Source: Nitrospira sp.
GTDB lineage: Bacteria > Nitrospirota > Nitrospiria > Nitrospirales > Nitrospiraceae
Direction of reading: 5' to 3'
DNA length: 64,000 bases
NCBI GenBank assembly: GCA_029194535.1
Contig: JARFXR010000001.1
Coordinates: 874,721-938,720 of the forward strand
The notes below the pieces were generated by a model, which was not told where the DNA came from, did not search any database, and worked only from the letters and a program-made list of their open reading frames with translations. The translations under genes and the position numbers were made by a program. Below are positions 38,421 to 47,272 of this stretch, piece after piece. The stretch's first letter is position 1, and each line of letters starts with the position of its first letter.

Positions 38421-38900
38421 ATGATCAAGACGTTCAAGGCTTCGTTCTTGGTAACGGTCGCGCTCGCGCTGCTGGCGCCGGCAGTGGCCCAGAGTCTGAC
38501 CGACCGCGACACGAAGGAAGTCGCCGATTACGTGCTGACCGACGCGGCGTTGGCCAAGTATAAGCAGGCCGTACGGAAGCTGGAGCCGTTGGCGGAACAA
38601 ATGCCGCACGAGTGCGATAGCGAGGAGGGCGCGAAGTCGCTCGATGAGCTGGCGGCGCGCCTGGACGGAGTCCCGGCAGTGAAGTCGGCGCTAAAAGCAG
38701 CCGGGTTGACATCGCGCGAGTATCTCCTGTTCTCCTTCTCGCTCTTCCAGAACGGCATGGCGTCTTGGGCGCTTGCGGAGCCTGGAGGCACGTTGCCGCC
38801 TGGTGTGAAAATGGCGAACGTCACCTTCTATCGCACTCATAAGGCCGAGTTGGAGAAGCTTGGCGAGCTGACCAAGCAGACGGATTGCGACAATCGATGA
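38421..38900 (+). CDS. Secreted hypothetical helical protein
   Basis: Signal peptide ending AVA; GAGG RBS. Start 38409 or 38421. Confidence 0.7.
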   Translation: MIKTFKASFLVTVALALLAPAVAQSLTDRDTKEVADYVLTDAALAKYKQAVRKLEPLAEQMPHECDSEEGAKSLDELAARLDGVPAVKSALKAAGLTSREYLLFSFSLFQNGMASWALAEPGGTLPPGVKMANVTFYRTHKAELEKLGELTKQTDCDNR

Positions 38901-39832
38901 CCTCGCCGGCGACGACATGGAAGATGATGCCGTCGATGCGACAACTGATTCAATGGTGCGCTTCCTCCCTCCTCCTTCTTGCGCCGAGCCTCGCGCTCGC
39001 TCAACAGCATTTGCTCGTGGCGGAGGAAAGCACGAGCGCGGTGGCCTTCCGGTCTCAAGTCGGTAGGGTCGTCACGTTCATCTGTCCCGCGAACATCCTC
39101 ACAAACCGAGAAATCTGGGGGACGGACGTCTATCACGTTGACTCTCCCGTCTGTACTGCGGCGGCTCACGCCGGGCTGTTCACGCCTGGCATATCCGGCC
39201 AGGTCACGATCGTCATCGGACAAGGCGCCAAGTTGTTTGAAGGAACGGGGCGCAATGGCGTAAAGAGTTCCAGCTACGGTCCCGGAGATTCCACATATTC
39301 CTTCATCAAAAGCGGCGAGCCGGGGCAAATTGACTGGTTCACGACTCTCGACCGCGTGCCTGACGACTTCCATGCACCTATCACGGTGGTCTGCCCTCCA
39401 AAAGGCACTGCAGATTGGTACGTGTGGGGTACAGATATCTATACCGCTTCCTCCGCGATCTGCGTGGCCGCGGTTCACGCCGGAGCCGTCACGCTGGAAA
39501 CGGGCGGCCGAGTCACGGTGGCTCTGCAGCCGAAGCAGGAGACCTTCATCGGGAGCGAGCGTAATAAGATCTTGTCCCAGAAATGGACAAATTGGGACTT
39601 CATGTCCTATGGACAACCGTACCGGCTTTCGGCCGCCAGCCTGAGCTTATCTGGTGGCGGTCCGCGCACGATCAGGTTGGCTGGATTCACGGCGGCCGGC
39701 TCGGCGCCAGTCATCGTTCCACGGAAGATTCAGTTGAGCGGTTTCACCGCTGTGGGCACCGCTACCCTCATTGTGCCACGCTCCATCAAGTTGCCTGGAT
39801 GGACCGGATCGGGAGATCTGAAAACCCCTTAG
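38897..39832 (+). CDS. Secreted protein with two LCCL domains and three C-terminal 19-aa repeats
   Basis: IWGTDVY..DS.VCTAAAHAG and VWGTDIY...S.ICVAAVHAG; repeats PRxIxLxG[FW]T[AG]xG. Start may be 38924 or 38936. Confidence 0.85.
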   Translation: MTSPATTWKMMPSMRQLIQWCASSLLLLAPSLALAQQHLLVAEESTSAVAFRSQVGRVVTFICPANILTNREIWGTDVYHVDSPVCTAAAHAGLFTPGISGQVTIVIGQGAKLFEGTGRNGVKSSSYGPGDSTYSFIKSGEPGQIDWFTTLDRVPDDFHAPITVVCPPKGTADWYVWGTDIYTASSAICVAAVHAGAVTLETGGRVTVALQPKQETFIGSERNKILSQKWTNWDFMSYGQPYRLSAASLSLSGGGPRTIRLAGFTAAGSAPVIVPRKIQLSGFTAVGTATLIVPRSIKLPGWTGSGDLKTP

Positions 39833-40039
39833 CCCGCATTATTCATGACGGTTCGTCGCGAAATCGCGGAGCTGCGTCGCGAGACCGGCGCGCGGAGCCG
39901 TGAGGGAGGAAGGCATACTCGTGCAGTATGTCGACCGACTGAGCGGCGAGCCCGCCGGCCTGCGTGGCGAAACTCCGCACGCAGGCTTGTCGCAGCAGCG
40001 GATCGGCGATTGCAGTAGAAGCGCCATGAATAATGCGGG
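39833..40039. mobile_element. MITE family C (207 bp) with TTAG target-site duplication
   Basis: Perfect 15-bp inverted repeats CCCGCATTATTCATG; TTAG at 39829-39832 and 40040-40043; internal hairpins. Confidence 0.82.
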
Positions 40040-40110
40040 TTAGCAGACAGGTCGCAGAGTACGACGTTGCGATCAACCAGTGCAAATAATCGATCGGAAG
40101 GAGGGTCGTT

Positions 40111-40620
40111 ATGCGAAACGTGGTAGTCGCCTTGGTCGTTCTCGCAACCGCTGCGGGGTGGCACCCCGCGGACGCAGCGCAAGCGGGCCGCTCTGATGGC
40201 GATGCTGTGGTTCAATGGAAGAGCATCCCCGGCGACGTCACCTTCGAGGTGCCGCTCAACCTAACCAGGTTGGCATCGGACATCACGAAGGTGATGGTCA
40301 GGTGTAGCATAACCAGTGACGCGTTTCCGATGCGCAAGGGCAAGGACTCCAAGGTCAAACAGGGAATCGGTGCCCAGGTTGAACTGCCGGTGTCGGCGGG
40401 CCAGCTCGTGACGACGGCACGCGTGATCGTTCCGATTACGGTCGACAAATTTCTGGACCCTGTCACGATGACCAGACAGGACCCGACGGGAAAATCTGCA
40501 GAGTATCAGTGCGACTTGATGGGATTCACAGGAGTTTGGCAGGTGCCCACGGAAAAGACTCCCAACCCTCTTCGTCTCTCACCCGCGCCTGCTCCTATTA
40601 CAGGCACTTTCACCTGGTAG
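40111..40620 (+). CDS. Secreted hypothetical beta-rich protein
   Basis: AAGGAGG RBS; signal peptide ending ADA; Cys pair; C-terminal ITGTFTW. Confidence 0.72.
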   Translation: MRNVVVALVVLATAAGWHPADAAQAGRSDGDAVVQWKSIPGDVTFEVPLNLTRLASDITKVMVRCSITSDAFPMRKGKDSKVKQGIGAQVELPVSAGQLVTTARVIVPITVDKFLDPVTMTRQDPTGKSAEYQCDLMGFTGVWQVPTEKTPNPLRLSPAPAPITGTFTW

Positions 40621-40693
40621 TCGAACGCGTGCGATCGACAGTCGCAGCTTGACGGGGCTGCGATGAGCGCCATCACCGCGGAGTAACTGAGCG

Positions 40694-41788
40694 TCACTGC
40701 GCTGATTGGAATACTGGAAGCAACTTCCACGTCCAGGTGTAGCGGAAGCTGGTGCCGGAGCCAGACGCCTGGAGTGCTCGGCGTGCCTCTTCCGGAATGG
40801 CCGCGCCTGGCGGGAGCAGATTCAGGAAATCGAGTGGGTTACCTTGGTCGTATTCCTGGTGCCCCTGGAAGATGACACGGCTATCCTCGCGTGTATTAGG
40901 TTGCGACAGAATGTGTAGGAGAAAACCGGCCTGGAAATTCTCCTCCGTGACCACCGGTGGATTGCCTGGGCAGGTCTTCTTGAGTCTCGCATCAGGATTA
41001 AAGGCTTTGATCACCACACTATGAAAGTCGCCTCCATCCGGCCCGACCACGTTCAGGTAGCCATAGGCGGGCTCGGTGATATTTCCGACCAAATCTCCGG
41101 TCGGGCTCCTGGTTGGAGGTTCAGTCGGATCCAAGTACATTGCCCCTCCTGGGGCAGTGGGCAACGTGACGACCGCTTTCCCTTTGACCGTGCATTCGAA
41201 CTCTCTCCCCTCAACCATCCAGATCACCTGCGTTTTGAACAACGGCTCTTCCTGAGGACCTGGTGGAATGTTGAATCGATTCGGAACCAAGATATATTGG
41301 GTGTTGCCGGGCATATCCTGGTTAACACGCTTAACGAATGTCAGCGGCACGTCGCCCGAGGTATAGACGATGTCGCGATCGTCGTCGTGAATGTGGAATG
41401 TGGCATTGGCCGCACCGGTGACAAAGAGGGGCAACTCTGGATCCTGCGGTCGTGTGGCCGGCGGTCTTCCTGACGGCGGCGTGATCGGGAGTGTCGTCGG
41501 TGGGGCAACCGGAGGTGTGACCGGCGGCATTGGCGGTTGGATTGGCGGTGTCACCGGCGGCGTTGAGGTGCTATTCGATCCTGGAGGGCTTCCCGGACTT
41601 CCCGGCAGGCAATGCCCGTCTGCTTGTCGCCCGGCAGGACAGTTGCCCGATTGTGGGACGGACCCACCGGAAGCTGTCGTGCCTCCAGCCGGCGGCGTAC
41701 CTTGCGCCATCGACACAGAAGCAAACACGCTGACAACGACGAGCGCCTTGACCACTATCGGAACTCTAAAGCGAAACCATGCTGTCAT
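40694..41788 (-). CDS. Secreted protein with Cys pair and Pro/Thr-rich N-terminal linker
   Basis: Signal peptide; PPVTPPIQPPMPPVTPP stalk; beta-rich C-terminal domain. Confidence 0.72.
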   Translation of the reverse strand: MTAWFRFRVPIVVKALVVVSVFASVSMAQGTPPAGGTTASGGSVPQSGNCPAGRQADGHCLPGSPGSPPGSNSTSTPPVTPPIQPPMPPVTPPVAPPTTLPITPPSGRPPATRPQDPELPLFVTGAANATFHIHDDDRDIVYTSGDVPLTFVKRVNQDMPGNTQYILVPNRFNIPPGPQEEPLFKTQVIWMVEGREFECTVKGKAVVTLPTAPGGAMYLDPTEPPTRSPTGDLVGNITEPAYGYLNVVGPDGGDFHSVVIKAFNPDARLKKTCPGNPPVVTEENFQAGFLLHILSQPNTREDSRVIFQGHQEYDQGNPLDFLNLLPPGAAIPEEARRALQASGSGTSFRYTWTWKLLPVFQSAQ

Positions 41789-41870
41789 GAACACAGCCGC
41801 CTATTTAGGAACGAAGGAAGGGCGTCTCCGGCCCGCGCGATTGTAAGGCCCGCTCATCACAAAAGCCAAT

Positions 41871-42024
41871 TAGAACCTATCTCAAATTTCATTCATGATG
41901 GGATGGCATCTGTTGTTGTCATTCCCGCGCAGGCGGGAATCCAGTCTTTTCAGGTCATTCTGGATGCCCGCTTTCGCGGGCATGACCAGTTCTGACCGGA
42001 ACACCCATTGTGAGATAGGTTCTA
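41871..42024. mobile_element. MITE family B (154 bp), copy 2, inverted relative to copy 1
   Basis: Reverse complement of 25612-25765 with about 4 substitutions; inverted repeats TAGAACCTATCTCA. Confidence 0.88.
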
Positions 42025-42184
42025 GCCGATACACGTATCTACCGGCCAGTGAACCTATCTTAATCAGCAATTGAGCCTCACGCTGAGGCGATATGGTCTG
42101 CAACCGGTACGAATCTCTAAGGAAAATGCGGAATCGACATCGTGAAATATTGGACTTCCGTCGCTTTGCCCATGCCGAATCCAA

Positions 42185-42200
42185 TGGCATCGCGATTGCT
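42185..42200 (+). promoter_or_regulatory. Sigma-54 (-24/-12) promoter
   Basis: TGGCATCGCGATTGCT fits TGGCAY-N5-TTGC (GG-N10-GC), 29 bp before ATG 42229. Confidence 0.7.
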
Positions 42201-42228
42201 TTGGCGGGCAGAGGTTTTTTGAATCCCG

Positions 42229-44460
42229 ATGTCACCGAAGCGGCAAGCGGTCGAGTTACGACTCACCCAAGTCTCCCTGGCAATCACGGCTCTTGCGGCG
42301 GCCATGCTTGTATGGTCGGTCGGGGCCGTGGTCTGGACTGCGATCGGGGAGCGGCGAGTCGACCGAGTGGTCGAGGCGGTGATATTCGCCGCGATCGCCG
42401 GGTACCTGGTTTACGGCAATCTGTGCTACGAGCTGGCGCGGCTCGGCCGGTTGACGAGAAGCAGCGGCGTGGCCGATCTATCGGCCGACTCGGCTGATTC
42501 GTGTTCCGCTGCCACGGCTCCCGCCCTCACCATTCTGGTTCCTTCCTATAAAGAGGAAATTCCCGTTATCCGCCAAACGCTGCTCTCGGCGGCATTGCAG
42601 GATTATCCGAACAAGCGGGTCGTGCTGCTGTTGGATGATCCGCCGTCGCCCAAGACCCATCCTGATCGGGCGGCGCTCTGGGCTGCTCGGTCGGTTCCCT
42701 TTGAACTGCAGACGCGCATGGACGAGCCGGCTGAGTTCATCGCTCAGGCTCGCCGCGAATTCCGGAACCGCCCCTCCTCCGAGGCCTGCTGGGAAACCGA
42801 ATGTGTTCGGCTCTCCGACTGTTTCTTGCGGGCGGCTGAGTGGTTTGAGGCGCAGGCCAAACACTGTCCGATCCAGTCGCACACGGATGTCTGGTTCGTC
42901 CGTGAAGTGCTGACGGTCCCGGCGGATGAGCTGCGCGATGCAGCCGGGCAATGGTTCGCGAGAGGACGGCAGCAATCGGACGTCGTGCCCGCCGACCTCG
43001 CGACCGAAATCGACGCCGTCTACGAACGTCTCGCCGCTCGCTTTGTGGTGCAGTTCGATGTCTTCGAACGAAAGCAATACTGCAATCTCTCGCACGAGCC
43101 CAACAAGGCGATGAACCTGAACAGTTACCTGGCCGTGATGGGGAAACGGGTCAAGCCCGTCCTGCGCGCGGACGGGGTTCACCTGGAAGATACCGCGGCG
43201 CTGATCGGGAGCCGCCTGATCCCCGACTCGCCCTATGTCATCACGCTGGATGCCGACAGTCTGCTGAAGCCCGACTATGCCGGCACGTTGGTCCGGATCA
43301 TGGAGCAGCCCGACCAGACGCGCATGGCGGTGGCCCAGACCCCGTACAGCGCCTTTCCGAATGCGCCGGGCGCGCTGGAACGGACGGCCGGGGCGACCAC
43401 CGATGTGCAGTATTTCGTGCATCAAGGATTCACACGGTTCGCCGCGACGTTCTGGGTGGGAGCCAATGCGCTGTTGCGGAAGTCTGCGTTGGAGGACATC
43501 TGCCAGGTTGAACGGATCGGGCACATCACCGTTCGTCGCTACATTCAGGACCGGACGGTGATCGAAGATACGGAATCCACGGTAGATCTGATGGCGAAGG
43601 GGTGGACCCTGTACAACCACCCGGAACGGCTGGCCTACAGCGCGACCCCGCCGGATTTCGGCTCGTTGGTGATCCAACGGGCTCGCTGGGCCAACGGCGG
43701 TTTGATCATCCTGCCGAAGCTTCTGGAGTTTCTGTGGCGAGCCCCCAAGCGGCCGGCCACTGCGGCACAGGCGCTGTTGCAGGCGCACTATTTGACGTCG
43801 CTCGCGCTGACTCCGCTCAGTGTGGTGCTCTTGCTGTCGATTCCATTCTCCCCGGACTTGATGACACCAGCCATGCCTCTGGCCGCGTTTCCGTACTTCG
43901 TCTTGTATGCCCGGGACCTGGCCTTAGCCGGCTATCGTCCGTTCCGTGATCTCATGCGCGCCTATGCGCTCAACCTCCTGCTGATCCCGGTCCACCTCAC
44001 GGGCGCCGTGACGTCCATCCGGCAACTGGTGGCGGGCACGAAGATTCCCTTCAGGCGCACGCCCAAGATCTCCGGGCGCACGAGAACCTCCGGGTTGGAT
44101 CTCATCCTGCAATTGACCATGATCATGGTGAGCGCGGGCCTCTCGCTCTATCACGGGCTCGGTGGACGCTGGATCCCCGCGACGTTCGCGCTTGCCAATG
44201 TGTTCCTTCTCTGCTACGGCGTCAGGCGTTTCATCGGCTTGGCGGAAGCTTACCGAGACCTCGCACTGAGCGCACGGGAAGCAATCGGCCGATACGCCAA
44301 GTCCGGCTGGTTCTCCGATCGTCCGCTTGCTCCGCTGTTCTCCCCGATGAACCTGTTCTTCGTCCTGATGCAACCCATGCGCAAGTCGAGAGCATTCTCT
44401 CGCCAGGCGCTCTGGGGTGTGTCCGCCTTCTTCGACATGATGGTCACGATTGTGGCGTAG
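42229..44460 (+). CDS. Cellulose-synthase-like membrane glycosyltransferase, family 2
   Basis: LVPSYKE, LLDD, NKAMNLN, LDAD, VAQTPY, IEDT and QRARWANG motifs; flanking TM helices; no PilZ domain seen. Confidence 0.85.
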   Translation: MSPKRQAVELRLTQVSLAITALAAAMLVWSVGAVVWTAIGERRVDRVVEAVIFAAIAGYLVYGNLCYELARLGRLTRSSGVADLSADSADSCSAATAPALTILVPSYKEEIPVIRQTLLSAALQDYPNKRVVLLLDDPPSPKTHPDRAALWAARSVPFELQTRMDEPAEFIAQARREFRNRPSSEACWETECVRLSDCFLRAAEWFEAQAKHCPIQSHTDVWFVREVLTVPADELRDAAGQWFARGRQQSDVVPADLATEIDAVYERLAARFVVQFDVFERKQYCNLSHEPNKAMNLNSYLAVMGKRVKPVLRADGVHLEDTAALIGSRLIPDSPYVITLDADSLLKPDYAGTLVRIMEQPDQTRMAVAQTPYSAFPNAPGALERTAGATTDVQYFVHQGFTRFAATFWVGANALLRKSALEDICQVERIGHITVRRYIQDRTVIEDTESTVDLMAKGWTLYNHPERLAYSATPPDFGSLVIQRARWANGGLIILPKLLEFLWRAPKRPATAAQALLQAHYLTSLALTPLSVVLLLSIPFSPDLMTPAMPLAAFPYFVLYARDLALAGYRPFRDLMRAYALNLLLIPVHLTGAVTSIRQLVAGTKIPFRRTPKISGRTRTSGLDLILQLTMIMVSAGLSLYHGLGGRWIPATFALANVFLLCYGVRRFIGLAEAYRDLALSAREAIGRYAKSGWFSDRPLAPLFSPMNLFFVLMQPMRKSRAFSRQALWGVSAFFDMMVTIVA

Positions 44461-44592
44461 AACCACCGCGCAGATTGCCGGTACGTCGACGTCCGTTCAC
44501 GTCGGGTGCGGGCGGAAGACTCGTTCAGCAGCGAGGTGCCTGAGAAGTCCTGAGGCGAACTTCCCAGACACCGACAGAAGAGAAACCCGGAT

Positions 44593-45054
44593 TCAGCGGT
44601 TTGCCTGGTCGCGCTGGCAGCTTTGCTCGGCCAACATCCGCTGTCCGACGCTGGCATCCTTCGGAATGCGGGCCATGCAGGCTTCCAATGTGTCGCCCTG
44701 AGTCCCGGATGCCACCCTGTCATTGCTCTTAGTGGCGGCCGTACCCCCGACGCTGGCCCGCGCGGCTTCGTCTCGTTTGCAGCTTTCCTCCGCCACCTGT
44801 TTGGCCCCGGGCGACGCATTCGACGGAATCATGGCTAGACAAGTGCGCAAGGTATCGGTCTGGACCGACTTGGCTGCCGCTTCGGCCGTAGCGAACTTCG
44901 GCGCCGTGGATGCGGTTCCGGCGCCGGAAGCCGGAGCAGCCGAACCTGTCGCGGATCCGTTCCCGGCTCCCATAGTCCCTTCACTCGCACACCCCCCGGC
45001 CATCAACCCCAACAATGCTACAAAAACAACGGCCCTCTGTTCTGGAATGCGCAT
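44593..45054 (-). CDS. Small lipoprotein with a duplicated Cys-paired helical hairpin
   Basis: Lipobox AGGC; DTLRTCLAMIP..A..EESCKRD and DTLEACMARIP..A..EQSCQRD. Confidence 0.8.
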   Translation of the reverse strand: MRIPEQRAVVFVALLGLMAGGCASEGTMGAGNGSATGSAAPASGAGTASTAPKFATAEAAAKSVQTDTLRTCLAMIPSNASPGAKQVAEESCKRDEAARASVGGTAATKSNDRVASGTQGDTLEACMARIPKDASVGQRMLAEQSCQRDQANR

Positions 45055-45401
45055 GCCCGTTTCCTCCCTGCTGCGTGGATAAGTAAAGCCGCTCGGCGGG
45101 GATGGTACCTGCTCATGGGAAAAAGCTCAAGCCTCATTCTTCCAGGTGAAGTCCGAGCAGCAGGCCGACCGGACGCGGTGCGCGACTGGCATTCTGGTGA
45201 TGTGGACAGGGACCCTGGTCTACAGTCTCCCGCTACGGAAGCACGCGACGAGCGCTGAAAAGATAAAAAGGAGAGGGTGAGAATGGGGTGGAGGTCCCTC
45301 CCAGGAAGAGCGGAGAGATCAATGCTGGTCGACAGGGGCAACTGCCGCCAGCGCCTCCACCTGTTTCCATCTCATTTAGGCGCGCAGGTTCGCCAACGTG
45401 C

Positions 45402-45620
45402 CTACGCGGGCTGCGGCCTCGACACACGGAGCGTCGTGACGAATCCCGACCCCGTTCTGGTCAGACGCAGCCGACCCGTACGACTGAGCTGATCGACTTC
45501 GAGAAAGATGTGCGACCAGTGAAAGTCCGGGAGACGTTGGACCAACTCATCCAACGTGCAATCGGGATGTTCGCTCACGGCTTCGAGGATCTGGTCAACG
45601 GCTACTTGTGTGGCCTGCAT
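45402..45620 (-). CDS. Small winged-helix-like hypothetical protein
   Basis: GGAGG RBS before ATG 45620; HPDCTLDELVQRLPDFHWSHIFLEVDQLSRTGRLRL. Confidence 0.7.
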   Translation of the reverse strand: MQATQVAVDQILEAVSEHPDCTLDELVQRLPDFHWSHIFLEVDQLSRTGRLRLTRTGSGFVTTLRVSRPQPA

Positions 45621-45949
45621 TGGGTCCTCCTGCTCGTTGAAGAGGGGCGTTCGATCCTGTGGTTGAGTACGAGGGCCGCGTGAACTCATGAGTCTGACGG
45701 CGGAGCAAGTCCCGTTCCCGTCTCATGGGCGGCTTGGGATGTCGTTGCGTGCGACGAGACGTTGCGAATCCTGGGGAAATAAGCGATTTGCGCTACGGGA
45801 TCGGCGCCCGTACCCCAAGGGGAACTGCAGGTGCTGCGGTCCTGCACAGTGCTCGGCGCGCGAAGCCGCTCATTTTCCCGTGGCTCAGTGCCTCGGACGA
45901 CCCCTGTCCACCACAGCGCCCGGCATGCTCCGCCTCTGGTGAGGACCTC

Positions 45950-46104
45950 GGTAGTGGGTCAGTTTGCCATCCAGACGCACTGAAGTCTGTCATTCCCGCG
46001 GAAGCGGGAATCCAGTCAAGGCCTTCTCCTCAGCAGTTAGGCTTGATCGAGGCGTGGATGCACGCCTTCGCGGGCATGACGCAAGAGGAAACTGACCCAT
46101 TACC
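45950..46104. mobile_element. MITE family A (155 bp, reverse orientation) with 9-bp target-site duplication
   Basis: Inverted repeats GGTAGTGGGTCAGTTT / AAACTGACCCATTACC; GAGGACCTC at 45941-45949 and 46105-46113; lacks a 24-bp internal insert found in the other copies. Confidence 0.93.
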
Positions 46105-46120
46105 GAGGACCTCAGCCCCA

Positions 46121-46149
46121 TTGACTATTTCATCCGTGATCGGTAGACA
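46121..46149 (+). promoter_or_regulatory. Putative sigma-70 promoter TTGACT-N17-TAGACA
   Basis: Consensus-like spacing just downstream of the MITE. Confidence 0.35.
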
Positions 46150-46470
46150 TACTCCTATGTCCCTAGGAGGTCGGACGGCGTTGCCGCAACTTGCGGGATG
46201 TCAAGCGGTCTCGCCAGGTCTACTCATGTATCCAGCCTATCGACATGGATGCGATCCTCCCTGGGAGCATCCGTTCCGTTGATGTCCGTTCTTCGGTGAG
46301 GCCCACGCCTCGCTTTCGATTCTCGTAGCAGGTGGATTGAGATCGTCAGGGTTGAGCCACGCGCCGACCTCCGGGCGGTTTCTCCTTAGTCCAGGCGGGC
46401 CCGCCGGCGCACCTACATCACTCGAAGGTTGGTTTCTCACGCTGACGATCTATTATTTTGGAGGTGCCGC

Positions 46471-47217
46471 ATGAACCATCGGGTCGGCTCCAGACCTCAA
46501 CCCGTCAAACAGCTCCAAATCAGGCCGGGAGGATTGCAGGTCAAGTATCCCTCTTCGTTGCGTCCGTCCCCTCTGAGGACCTGGAGTTGGCAAGCCGTTC
46601 GGGCGTGCGAAAGCGGATGTTATGCCTTCGCGGCCTGGCTCGGCCGGCAAAGCCGGACCGCCTGGCAGGCTTCCCTCAACGGCCTCCGGCGCATCGAGCT
46701 TGGGGCGCGAATGAGACGGTGCGGGATCATGCTGAAAGAGACGGGCGCGCGCGGAGCGGCCTGGGTGGGACAGGGTTTGGCCGTAGCCGGACAACGCGGA
46801 CTCGCGTTGGCACAGGATCTCGCTCGCAGGATGGTTCAACGGTTTCGGCGGCGGGCGGTGAAGCGCTCCAATCATGTACCGACCTCGGGATTTTCTCTGG
46901 GGCGCTTTGATCTCTACGGAGACTTCCATTTCCCCCAGCTTTCTGAAACGAAGCAGTCGTTTCGCCGTGAACTGGCACGATCGCACGCGCAACTGGTCGA
47001 GCAGCTACGGGCGGAAGAAGAAGATCTCGCGCGTGTGGCTGCGCGGGTCGTGCGCCTGCAGAGCCTGCTTCGCGCCCAACAGAGTCTCTTATTGGAGGTT
47101 ACCCGTGGAAGCGAGGCGGAACGCGCCTCCCTGAATGCCCCCTTTCAGCCTTTGGTCGGCGTGGGCATGCACTCGGACCGGGAGGCCGAACATCCTGATC
47201 TCTTCCGACCCAATTGA
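46471..47217 (+). CDS. Hypothetical protein with C-terminal coiled coil
   Basis: GGAGG RBS before ATG 46471; basic N-terminus; helical C-terminus. Confidence 0.6.
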   Translation: MNHRVGSRPQPVKQLQIRPGGLQVKYPSSLRPSPLRTWSWQAVRACESGCYAFAAWLGRQSRTAWQASLNGLRRIELGARMRRCGIMLKETGARGAAWVGQGLAVAGQRGLALAQDLARRMVQRFRRRAVKRSNHVPTSGFSLGRFDLYGDFHFPQLSETKQSFRRELARSHAQLVEQLRAEEEDLARVAARVVRLQSLLRAQQSLLLEVTRGSEAERASLNAPFQPLVGVGMHSDREAEHPDLFRPN

Positions 47218-47272
47218 CGCTTTCGCGTAGGACGTCGCGCGGCTCCGTCCGTCGCTCCGACCCCCGCCACGG

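Noticed and set aside
25612-42024. Past inversion between the two family B MITEs, inferred from swapped 4-bp target duplications
   Set aside because: Under a 4-bp duplication model an inversion predicts CTAG/CTAA and CTAG/TTAG. The observed pairs are CTAG/CTAA and TTAG/CTAG, so the flanks do not support it.
42050-42064. Extra gaacctatct resembling a family B terminal repeat
   Set aside because: Only a 10-bp match with no partner end; it may be a remnant but cannot be supported.
45287-45361. GGTGGAGG/CCTCCACC inverted repeat followed on the minus strand by a pyrimidine/U tract; possible riboswitch or attenuator
   Set aside because: No match to a riboswitch consensus I can recognise; an 8-bp stem in GC-rich DNA is weak evidence.
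9460-46104. CRISPR array suggested by recurring palindromic ~27-bp units
   Set aside because: The units occur as inverted doublets inside dispersed MITEs, not as regularly spaced direct repeats with unique spacers. No cas genes are present.
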